From the NCBI GenBank assembly GCA_951406725.2, contig OX597817.1, positions 105,648,001-105,712,000 on the forward strand: 64,000 nucleotides of DNA, read 5' to 3'. The notes below the pieces were generated by a model. The model searched no databases. It was not told where the DNA came from and was given only the letters and a program-made list of their open reading frames with translations. The DNA comes from Octopus vulgaris. Lineage: Eukaryota. Both the position numbers and the translations under genes were made by a program. Of this stretch, positions 27,191 through 40,000 are shown piece after piece. Positions within the stretch are counted from its first letter, which is position 1, and each line of letters begins with the position of its first letter.

Positions 27191-30100
27191 TGTGTGTATG
27201 TGTTTGTCCCCCCAACATTGCTTGATAACCGATGGTGGTGTATTTACGTTGCCGTAACTTAACAGTTCGGCAAAAGAGACCGATAGAATAAGTACTAGGC
27301 TTACAAAGAATAAGTCCTAGGGTCAATTTGTTCGACTAAAGGCAGTGCTCCAGCATGGCCACAGTCAAATGACTGAAACAAGTAAAAGAGCAGAGACTAT
27401 GTTTTTATGTTTATCTTTATTTCAAAATCTTCAAGCTAAAATTGGAGAGAGAAATATTGTAAAGTTTTTATTCTCTCTCAGTCAGCCTAACTTTCTGTGG
27501 ATCATCATCCACTTTTTTCTAAGTGGAATTACTACCTCTGTGATATTATTTCTTTGACTCCATCTATGTATTGGGAACAGAATTACGTTGTGAGAAAAGA
27601 CAGAACTCCAATCTTTTTGGCACTTGTTGTCCAAGAAGTATTAAAAACTGGGAAATATCTAAATGTTGTACGACAATGTGGTAAGTGATCTTTTTATATT
27701 GTGATTTCTGTTATTCTATAAATATTCTGGCACTAATACTCATTCCTTAATAGAATAAATATTCCTGAACATTAATTTTAAATAATCATGATCAAAGTAG
27801 GACCGGTTCAATATTCTTTAAGGTTGTTCTGTAGAAGTTCCTGGCCTCATTCTAGGTCAGAAAACTCATCTCTGCTGTGCTGTATTTTTTAACACCCTCC
27901 GTTGAGGGCATTTGCCTATGTAGGAGCCTCTATACCAGTAGTTCTCAACCAGGGTCCATGTAAGATTTTGTTGTTAAAATTTAGGTGCAATAAATTGGTT
28001 ATATTTCTACAATTCACAAAATATTTTAAAAACTTTTTTTTACAATTTCTAATAATATCTAATTATAGAAATATAATAGGATTTTTTTTAAAGATTGCTG
28101 TGAGGGTCCAGTAGAGTAAAATACGAATCAAAAGGGGTCCACAATTAAAAAATGGTTGAGAACCACTGGTCTCTACAGTCACTTAGCCTGCCAGAAATAG
28201 AAGATAGTTACTCCTAAGTCATACCCAACCTGCTTGAAAAGAAAACATATTGGGCACTAAGGCCCTAGATATACAAAAATATAGCTACCTTGAAAGATTG
28301 TCTTAAACTGTAAAACCCAACATTTATAGTAAGAGGAATTTAGCTGTGTGTTGTTCATGAGTAGAGTGTAATGTTGAAACTGCATTTCCTTCATGTGCAT
28401 GTGCACACACACATAATTAGCTGTGTTTTAGTTCCGTTGAAGAAGACTAGGTTACCATGTCACCACTAGAGAACTTTTCATAATCTTTGGTCTCAGCTGT
28501 TTAAGCAGTGTGTGGTTGGTGACAGCTGATATGATTGAAAAACTGAGGAGGCTTGAAGTGTCTTTTATATAGAAGTGTGGGATCTATTTGGTTTAGTTGC
28601 CAACATTTCAAAAATTAAAGTTTATCGAAATTTTTTTAATTTGACACTTTAATACACTTTTCCAAACTGAATTCCTGGAGTTATTTCACTATTTCCAGAA
28701 AAATGTTTTTGAAAAGTTATAGAGGTTTAAAGTTAGACAACAGGATTTGGAAGCTGTCATTTTGTGCGTGACTGCACATTTTGTCAACATCCTGAAAATA
28801 GCACGTGTTGTCAAGTTTGAATAAACAACATACATTTTGTAGTTTTAAGCATTGTGATAGCACAAACTTAAAAGATTTATCCAAAAACGTTATTTAGCTG
28901 TTATTTTTAGCACACCTCATAATCACCTCAATGACAAGGAAAATGCGTATTTTGTAGTTATAAGCATTCAGTATGCATTTAATGCAATAGCATGAAGTTA
29001 AAAGATTTTTCTACAAACAAAATAACACATTACAAATTAAATATTTTTAAAAAAACAAAGATTCTGTTGACCAGTTCATAAATTCACCTGCTCAGTTGTC
29101 AACAGATAGGTAAAACAAGTGGTTTCAATTTATTTGTCAACATGTGCTTTCTCACAGACAAAAGAGTTCTTATTTTCCACTTGTTACTATGGAAACTGGC
29201 ATGAATGAATCTGTGGCTTATGATTGGCTAGAATTACCTCAAATTTTCAAACTTTAATTACTAATAACTCTTTATTTGTTGATTTATAGCAAAAATGATT
29301 TTCATGGTCTTCATTATCTATAAAAGTGTATCATTACACTGAGTATAAAATCAATTCGAACAGAATGGATACTGGCAGCCAAACTGAATAAATCCAAAGT
29401 GTGTTGTTAGAAATAGTAACAGAGTTAAAGTTACTAATGTATAAAATAAAACGGAGTAGACAATTGAATCCTGTGGACTACAGAGTTGTTAGAATATTGA
29501 TGAGAGAGAACTTCATTGATGTATATCATAATGAAGCTATCTGATGGGAAATTTCTGATCTCAGAAATGTGTGGATGGAAAAGGAAAGTAAACTCAAGAA
29601 TATGAAACCAATTGTTGGTTATTATGAAAATCTTTCTATCTGAACTGAAATCCTTGTATTTCAGGTAGAGATGTAAAATGTCCTTATGCTGAAGAAATGA
29701 TTTATACATTGAATGAAAAAGGATACTTTGATCAAATTGAAAAAGCATATAATTATGCTTCAAAAGTTTTACTAAACTTATTGATGGAAGAGCAAGAACT
29801 GATGGCTCGACTAAGGTGTGTAATTTGTAATTTCTATGTTTATTACTGGATTTTTAATATTGATAAAAAATAGATTATTTGTTTCTATGTTATAGTCATG
29901 TTTTTCTCCCATATTTTCTAAATGTCTTTCTGTACTTTGTGGCCTATTTAAATGTGCAAGCTTCTCAGCTTAGTTTTGGGTTTAATTCCATTGCTCTTTG
30001 ATCAAGTGACTTCTACAACTTTGGATTGACTAATACCTTGTGATTGCAGTTTGATAGCTGGGAACTATACAGCATATATAACTATCTATATTTATAATTG

Positions 30101-32969
30101 ATGACAGCTATAAGCTTCACATTTTATAATATTTATGTGTGTGTGTGTAGTTGACAGCTATAAACTTCACATTTCATGTTTGTATGTATGTATGTATGGA
30201 TGGATGGATGTGCACACATTCCCCACAAACACATTTGCTCCTTCTATTCACTTTCAGAATTCCTAAAGCCACCAGCAACTCTTTGCATTAAAAATATCTA
30301 CCTCACCACTCCACTCCACTCTCTAAAGTCATTGTTTTCAGTCACTTCAACTCTCACAACTCTCAATATTTATTCCAAACCTTTCCAGACTGATGCAAAA
30401 ACTCTCCACTATGCAAACACTTTCAATCTCTTTCTCACCTTAAAACCTCACCTCTACCAAACTATATCCATTTCTGCATCCACTGGGTCATCCAGCCTCT
30501 GCCTTATTGCAACTATCCAAATACACCAATGCATACTACAGAACACCTCTGTCTCTATCATACTTCAAGTCAACCAACTGGCTGGAGCTCCACCAGTTTT
30601 ATTTCACTTGTCCCTGACAGCATACCTGCTTCATTTATGACATTTAGAAACAGCTGGGTGATTGATTGAACTTGCCCCTTTAGCTATGTCCCTTCATATT
30701 CCACACAGCAAAATTTCAATGTCCAAAGTCTCTCAAGTAGTTTACTCAACGCTATGCTGCAGCTGTTCAGACATAAATCAAGGCCTACAATTTTGGAGCA
30801 TCTCACCCACTCTCCAAGACTGGGTGGTATTCACCCAGCAATGCAATTCACTATTTGTGATATAAAGTTTACCTTTATATCACGAGATTTTTCCACCCGA
30901 TAAGCTGCTGCCTATCCTTTTGGTCCTTTGCTAAAAGAATCTCCCAATTTATGAAGTCCTCTTCCCCAACCATGACCACATCTAAATAAGCAGTACATCC
31001 CTTGGAGAAAGTCTCACAACTACACATTACATACCTTTTGTCAATCTCCTCCAAATATACTCATTTCAAACTGTCAGGCTTCTCCATCCCACATATACAA
31101 TTTCATCTTTGTTTGTGAGAAGTTGTCTACTGAAAAAGTTTTTACATCGCTCGACAGAAGCCATACTGATGTCTGAGCTTTATTTTAAACATGACATTGT
31201 ACAAAGTTAATAGTGTCTTTTACATCCAAGCACATCACTTTAACTTCATTTTGTGCTACAACAATTTCTAAGTGTAATAACTTATTTATTAATGGTTTTA
31301 AATTTTGGCATAAGGCTAACAGTTTCAGGGAAGGGGCTAAGTTGGTTACATCAACCCCAGTGCTCAACTGGACTTCTTTTATTGACCCTGAAAAGATGAA
31401 AAGCAAATTGACCTTAATAGAATTTCAACTCAGAATATAAAGACAGGCAAAATGCTGCTAAACATTTTGACTGGCATGCTAACAATTCTGCCAGTTCGCC
31501 ATCTTAATAACTTATTTAATAATGTACCTCTGTACAATCCACACGGCTGGCAAAAATAAATTGTACTTGTAGTTCAATGGACCAAGCCATGTCACATTCA
31601 GTGTGTCGCACTGAATCTCCCTGAGAACTACATTCAGGGTATGCATGTCTGTGGAGTGCTCAGCCACTTGCACATCAGTTTCACAAGCAGGCTGATCTGT
31701 TAATAGAATCAACTGGAATGCTCATCTTCATAACGGATGGAGAGCCAGGCTATACAACTATTGCATGAAACCTTTGAACAGGCAAAGTACATCATTTGAT
31801 AATGTTTTACACTATTTTACCTATAATAGGAATATTTTACACTATTGTTGTTTCTTTTATAGAACAGTTACTGTAGTGGAGCCTACAAATAAGCATTGGA
31901 TAGCATAGTCATAGCTTTACAGTGTCTGAGAGAAAATCAGTAGTCGTTAGAGGAAGGTTTTCCTGTGCTGAAGCCAAACATCAACAAAGAGAATTGTAGT
32001 TTATCTTCTGATGGAAATATTTATCTTATTCCATTGTAATGAGTTAATTTCAGTTGCATCTTAAATTGTTATATGATATAATTTACGTTTGTTTTAGGTC
32101 TATGAAACATTATTTCCTGTTGGACAAAGGAGATTTTATTGTTCAGTTTATGGATATGACAGAAGAAGAAATGAAACAGCCATATAAGAGTATCCTACAG
32201 CAGAATCAAACATTTTGTATAGTAATTCTGTAGAACTGTGTTTGTAGTATGTTTTGTGAGCTCTGAAACAATCATGGGAGTTTTTTTTTTTAATATTATT
32301 AGCATCTGCTCAATTCAGTTTTACAATCTTTTTTAACATTAACTATTTTGTAATTGAGTTGGGTTATTTGTCTTAATTTGTGGTGCTTGCAACCTATACT
32401 CTGAAAATGGTATGGAAGAAAATTTCATTATTGAATAAGCACTCTAATTGAAATTTCATTATTGAATAAGCACTCTAAGATCCCTAATTGAATTTCTCTT
32501 GAGAATGCTATTATTGAGATTATTATAGTTTCAACTGTATGGTTTGTTTGTTTTAAGTAAACTTGTATGTTTGCTATGTTGTTGTATGGTGTAATCTTCA
32601 TCAGATGTATTTGTTATTTTGTCAATATTCAACATAGTTTCCTGCCATTGTTGGAATTGTTCCTCCTGCTATTGCTGCTATTAAAGATATTGGAAAGGGA
32701 CAAATATGCCTGTATGTTTCGGGAATAATTTGACCAGTGCTAGTTGAGTAACATGAGTGAAGAAAAGGCTAAGAGATGGAGCAAGAAACTAAATATCTGA
32801 AGGGGATACATCAGTTGTCATATTTAAGTAGTGGTTATAGTATGAAGAATTTTAGATTGTTAATGCTGCTTTAATCATAGTAGAAAATTAGTAGTTTATT
32901 TGTGAGAGATGCATCTCTTAAGCCCCAGTTATCATCATCATCATTGTTTAATGTCTGTTTTCTATGCTA

Positions 32970-33018
<49 letters not shown>

Positions 33019-34010
33019 GTTTGACCAGGGTCTGGGAAGCCAGGAGACTGCACCAGGTTTCAGTCTGATCTGGTAGTGTTTCTACAGCTAGATGCCCTTC
33101 CTAACGCCAACCACTCCGTGTGTGTAGTGGGTGCTTTTTATGTACCATGATCAGTTGGTGCTTTTTACGTGCCACTAGCACACTTTCCATCTTAGCATGG
33201 GTTGCATAGACCATGATCTAAATTATTTCCTGTTGTGAGTTACTGCTCCCAAAGGCAAGTGTTCAAAGGTGTGATTTGGCTTGGTTTCTGTGGCTGGATG
33301 CCCTTCTTATTGCCAATAACTCTACAGAGTGTACTGGGTGCATTTTCTCATGGCATCAAAACTAGAGTGGTTGAACAGTCCTTGATGAAACAAAACTAGT
33401 GAGACCTAATATAATTATACACTTGTTTTGCTTATTTAGCCATCCACTTTTCAGTGTGAACCATTGGGGAGCCGTAAATGTAAATTTGGAGAAAGAACAA
33501 TACTGACTGAAAATCCAGAAACAGGTATTTGAGAGTGGGGATGGTGTTGAGAGTACTCTATAAACTAGGGCATGTAACTTGACTCAGGTGACAGAGGAGG
33601 GGAATTGGAGAGGGATGAATGACTGCCAACAGAATGTGACAGTCCTATAAAGGACAATGTTACTATTGTTTTAGCTCCTGGAAAACATATTTTCCAGCTG
33701 GCTATCAACACACAGTTTGTGTGTGTGTGTGTATATATATATATATGTATGCAGTTTGGCAAAAGAGACCTATAGAATAAGTACTAGGCTTACAAAGAAT
33801 AAGTCCTGGGGTTGATTCGTTCAACTAAAGGCAGTGCTCCAGCATGGCCGCAGTCAAATGACTGAAACAAGTAAAAGAATAGAATATATATATATATATG
33901 TCCAACCCTTGCTAGCATGGAAAACGGACGCTAAACGATGATGATGATATATATATACTAGAAATAGTTGATATATATATATATCTATATATATATATAC
34001 TAGAAATAGT

Positions 34011-34041
<31 letters not shown>

Positions 34042-37000
34042 CTAGAAATAGTTGATAGCTTCCGTTACCTAGGTGACCAAGTCAGCAGCAGGGGCGGGTG
34101 TGCTGAAAGTGTAACTGCTAGAGTAAGAATAGCTTGGGCAAAGTTCAGAGAGCTCTTACCTCTGCTGGTGACAAAAGGCCTCTTGATCAGAGTAAAAGGC
34201 AGACTGTATGACGCGTGTGTACGAACAGCCATGCTACATGGCAGTGAAACATGGGCCATGACTGCTGAGGATATGCATAAGCTCGCAAGAAATGAAGCCA
34301 GTATGCTCCGATGGATGTGTAATGTCAGTATTCATACTCGATAGAGTGTAAGTACCTTGAGAGAAAGGCTGGACCTAAGAAGCATCAGATGTGGTGTGCA
34401 AGAGAGACGTTTGCGCTGGTATGGACATGTGGCGAGAATGGATGAAGATAGTTGTGTGAAAAAGTGCCACACCCTAGCGGTTGAGGGAACCCGTGGAAGA
34501 GGCAGACCCAGGAACACCTGGGACGAGGTGGTGAAGCATGACCTGCGAACTTTAGGTTTCACTGAGGAAATGACTAGAGTCCGAGACCTCTGGAAGTATG
34601 CTGTGCGTGAGAAGACCCGGCAGGACAAGTGAGACTTCTACATGGGATGTAGCCAGCCCACTTATGCATACCTTCCCTTCTTGGGACACAAAACTCTACT
34701 TGTGAAGACCTGTTGAGGCAAGTGAGAATCAGAATCGAAATCGATCAATGGAAATTGCAGCTGAGTTACCAGTGCCGGTGGCACATAAGAGAACCATCCG
34801 AACGTGGCCGTTGCCAGCGCCACCCCGACTGGCCTCGTGCCGGTGGCACGTAAAAAGCACCATCCGATCATGGCCGTTGCCAGCCTCGCCTGGCTTCCGT
34901 GCCGGTGGCACATAAAAAGCACCCACTACACTCATGGAGTGGTTGGCGTTAGGAAGGGCATCCAGCCGTAGAAACATTGCCAGATCAAACTGGGCCTGGT
35001 GCAGCCTTCTGGCTTCCCAGACCCCAGTTGAACCGTCCAACCCATGCTAGCATGGAAAGCGGACGCTAAACGATGATGATGATATATAACTACTGATGAT
35101 GATTTGATGTGGCTGAAAGGCAAAGACAAACTGGATGATATTTTAATTTGTAAAATAGAATTTGTAGGTTTTTTTCCTTGACTGCATTGTAGACATAAGT
35201 TGTAGGAGAATGGAAACTTTGCTAGAGCTTGCTTTACGAACCAGTACTGCAAATGTTGATCCTTTCAAAGATGATTTGAGGTATGTATGCATAACATATT
35301 CTGTTTATTTTTTCAGAGACATTCACTACTACATTGGTGGGTTAAGCTATTATATAGGGTTTCTTTGATGGAGCTCCCTTTTTTTTGTTTTTTGGAATTA
35401 GTAGATATAATCTAATGAATATTATATTTGGATAGGTATTTATTAAAAATATTGTTGGAGAAATCAATGTACCAGACAAGCTGCTGATAAAAATCAAAGG
35501 AGCATTTGTGTGGTCACTTGACCTGCTAGAAATAACAAATCTCTCCCTCCCTCCCCCCACTCTCTCTCTTTGAGGGGAAAAAGAAAGAAATGAAAATGCT
35601 TAAGGTCTTTGAATCACCACAAATTATTTCTCTAGATAATATTTCTTAGTTTCCAAATGAATCCCCAATTTTTAAGTTGTAAAGAATTTATGACTCTTTT
35701 CCACCATTACAAGTGGTTATAAATTATGTTGTATCATACTTGGAATTCACTAACATACTCTTTATGTCTTTTTTCTCAGAAAATATCTGTAGTTCAGGCT
35801 CCACTTAGTGGAATGCTATTAGTAGTTTATAGTATGTAATAAGCTTTTTTGATTCTGTCTCTTGCCATTTTAGTGCAAATTTATGATTGGCAATTCACAG
35901 AACAATTTTTTTAACTGTTTCCTTCTCTAAATATGCTGTTGCATGAATAAGATGTAAATGAACACCAGAAGGCAAATGTGGAAGATGAGCAAAATGAATA
36001 CGATCTTTCTGAGAATGATTATTAAATTTACCATTAATGAGTTTACACTGCTAAAGTTAATTGTTGTAGGTTCTTGATTATGATTCTTTTTCTTTTTATT
36101 ACTATTACAAACTGTTGTCTTCATATTTTGAAGTAATGTGTATATTTTCACATATAAAATATGACCATCACAAAAACTAGCTTAGCTTTGCAAGATATAG
36201 TAAATTTTGTTCAAATTTACAATCAATGTCTTAGAATCGGATTTCCTCATTACAATATAGAACATATCATTAAATTGATCAAACATTAAGAATGTTATTG
36301 AACAGTTTGTTATGAAATGCAATCGTTACAATTATTCAACATTTAATATTGACACTTTAATGAATGTTTAAATATTATTTCAGGATACAATTCCAGGAAA
36401 CTGACCTAATATCTCAGTTATATGATATTCTGAAAGGTAAACAGGGATTTCTCTTCAAATCTTTTCTATATTTCTTCAAATCATTTAATTTATTTTGATT
36501 ATTAACTCCAAAAAGGAACTGTTTCTATCATTTCTACACATAATCACGAACATGTAACATGGGTTACTTTATACCAGTGATGTTCTTTTAACAGTTGTTT
36601 GTGATAAGAGTCTACCAAAGTTGTGGCTACTTTGGATGTACTGTAAAACATTATTCTGCAAAGTATTTTGTGTGCTTAAGATATTTTCTCCAAAATGTTT
36701 TATTTAAAAGTGTTTATGTATAATCACACAGAAATAGCCTTTCCTTCTTAAGAAATCTGAAATCAGATCTAGAACAAACAGTTCAGTATTTATTAAAATT
36801 TGGGTTTGAAACTTGTCAGTTCATTGTCAGTTGGATTTTGCCTGAGGCTGAAGGTTATGAATGCCAGCTGCAATTTAACTAAGTATGTTAACTAAGACTG
36901 CAAGTCACATATTGACCAAGACTGCTTGTCAAAATTCTAAAACTTGGTTGCTAGTTGGCCAAAACAATTAAACACTAGTTAACTCTTTTGATACCAATCT

Positions 37001-40000
37001 GCTTGAGGCTACCCCAGGTTCCATGATACAATCTTCTTGGTTTAGAGTGATCTAAATAAAAGCCTTCTATCAAAGTTTCATGTTAATTTATGTTTGAAAA
37101 ATCTGCTTAATAATGACAAAGCTATTTTTCTAAATGCTAAATTATTTGAAACATAAACAATGTACTTTATTAGAAACACGGCAACAAAATGGTTAACTCA
37201 ACATAAATGAGTTGAGAAAATGTCTCTTGTGCATACAATCATTAGCTGTTATGTGCATGAGAGATGAAAATGGAGGATACATTGTAGGGTCAAAATACAG
37301 TGAATTGGTTGGAGTAAATGTTGACTTAATATATGTTTTGTTTGTTTCTTGTCTGCTGATCTCTTTACTGTAACTTGTGTTTTCTAGCAATGCGCAGTAG
37401 CCCTGTTGAGTGTAATTTGTCTGGGCTGGAATCTTTCTCCTTCAATTATAATGTGAAATGGCCACTAACTCTTGTTTTAAATAGAAAGGTCAGTTTAAAT
37501 TTACTTTTACAAAGTGTTTTATTGTTGCTTTTAATACCAATGTTAACATGAAATTCTTCTCTAATGACCCAAAATTTTAATTAGTTTTATGACTTTTATG
37601 TATTTCTCATTTCTTGTCCTCTTTACTTTGCTTTTTCAGTTTATGAAATTCTGTTTTCTTCTGATTCGAATATTTGGTTGAAAAATGTTACTCCTCCTAC
37701 AATTTCACTAATATTTCTTTCATAAAAACAGATTCAACTTATATATATATATACACATAAACTGTTCCTAACTAGATTATATCCAAGAACTTACCAGAAC
37801 TTTGCTTGAGATCAGTTTGCACCCTTCCATAAATACTTAACTGCTTACATCTTTAGATTATAAAATTCACCATTGGAATTATTGTTATTATTTTTCAGTT
37901 TATTTCAACTAGATATGTTTTAAGTATAGAATCTTATGGTTGATGTTAGTTATGAAAGACACTATCTTATTTTCTTTTTCATATAGCTTTCTTTGAGAGA
38001 GAAAATATATTCTTTTAATTTATATAATTTATTATTTTGAAATGACTGATTTACTTTGTAAAAAGCCTTCTTTTAGCTTTGTTAAACCTTTTTACTACAA
38101 AAAACAGTTTTATATACCAATCTTTCTTGTTAAGGAATGTCATGTTTGAAACTATTTTTTTGTTGATATATATCAAGTTTATTGAGGTAACCTGACTAGC
38201 AGAAGCTTCCAATTCTTTTTTTTTTTTTTCTTTCTTGTTAGATATTTAATATCATAACTGCAATAACCATGAAATTTAATTTTCGTAAAAGATGGATGGA
38301 ATAGTGCTATAACATGCTGGAAAAGTTTGTTCTACAAAATATGCTATATTAGTATCTAGTATTCTTAGCAATGTCATCAAGAAGATGATGAGGAGTCAGT
38401 AGTGAAGAGCTGGGTTTGAAATATTAGAATTGTAAAAACTGACAACTATGTTTTACCATACAGAGTGATATAATTGGTTAGATGAGAGCTACTGAAGTTA
38501 AGCAGTGGAAAATATTTTCAGTCCTTTTATATGTACTAAATTCAGATTTATTATATTTCAACTTGAAAGATCAAACTTGAAGTCTGAATTTTATTGATAT
38601 GATAACATGGTGTTATATTTCAGATATAATTATAGAAAACCAGATCATCTGATGCATTATAGATTAAGCACTTCATAGATGGATCCTTGGTTCTAAAATT
38701 TATAAGTAGCAGTAGTAGTAATAATAAAACAACATCTATTGTGTGGTCTGTTGTTTATATATTAAGTGTAAGAAGTTGACAAGAACTCTGCTTCCTTTTT
38801 GTGTTACACTTCAGTGTCTCAGCTGCATTTTCTGGCATACAATTTGATGTAGTGTATAGTGTTAACATTCAAATATTGTTACTATCTTTTTCTGATCCCT
38901 GCTGCATTTCACATGGAATTTTTGCTCCTTCAATTGTCTTGGTGTATAAGTCAATCTACCTGTTTCAGCTGTAAATTATGGTCTGAAAAATGAAACTTGT
39001 ATGCTTGAAAATATGATACTATTACAAAAGTTTTCAGCTATATTTTAAAAACTTTTAGTCAAGGGGGATCTCCTAGATTTCATTATTCCACACTGGAAAG
39101 ATTCTTCTCTTTGTCTTCATCTTCTGATTTATTTTATTTTCAGGCTCTTATGCTCTACCAATTATTATTCAGACAGCTTTTCTACTGCAAACATGTGGAA
39201 CGACAATTATGCAAGTAAGTTTGAACATAGGCTTTTTGACAATTCACATAAGAGTCCAGCTGTCAATTCAACAGCTCTTTTATTGTATTAAATGTATTGG
39301 AGTGATTGGCAAATATTAAAATCCATAAGTTGATCTGAGAAGTCACAGGAAATAGGTATGTTCTAGTACTAAATTGGGTTGGAAATAGGGATACTGAAGA
39401 GATAATGGTTTGAGTGACTGTTGGAGAAACTTTGGAAACTTTTTGTTTTGTTAATGAAAGGTAATTTCTCTATACTTATGGTTATATCAGATATATGATG
39501 TTGCATGAAATAAAACCTGGTGAGTGAAATTTGAATAGTTCCAGTTCAATTTATTATTACCTAAGCCTTAGTGAAAGTGGAGGTATTATTTTCAGTCACG
39601 TTTGTTTGTTTGTCTGTGGACAAGATATCTCAAGAATCGCTGGATGAATTTGGATGAAACCTTCAGAGATGTTTGGCCTTGTGACTTGCATGAATTGATT
39701 ACATTTTCAGATCAATCTGGTACCGGATGGGAATTCTGGATTATTTGTTATATTTACTTTACATGAGGTATTACGATCTTATGTTGACTTTCAAGTCTTT
39801 CTCTGATTATCTCCCTTGAAAGTACTCTTATGGTTTCCATGTAAGTTATGGTGGCGTTGCTGTTTCCAAAGTTTTATTTTCATTTCTCTATTATTAATTT
39901 TACTCACATCTCTTAGTCGAAACCGATGGATAAAGAAATCACACTACATAAACAAAAGGCAGCAAAACCGTTCAGAAAGTAAATAACACTAACATGTTCA

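Larger units (their letters stand above)
24971..27567 (+). other. U12-type (minor spliceosome) intron with AT donor; 3' end uncertain (27558 AC, 27564 TC or 27567 AT)
   Basis: 5' ATATCCTTT consensus; branch-like TTCTTTGAC at 27550-27558; no suitably placed AG before the conserved YW codons. Confidence 0.8.

Noticed and set aside
30218-31100. ORF 30176..30640 as a nested gene
   Set aside because: C/A-rich decayed sequence with no recognisable domain or splice structure; likely an old LINE remnant that I cannot classify.
33955-34060. CRISPR-like repeat-spacer array
   Set aside because: Eukaryotic intron; the spacers are (TA)n and the repeat is LINE sequence.
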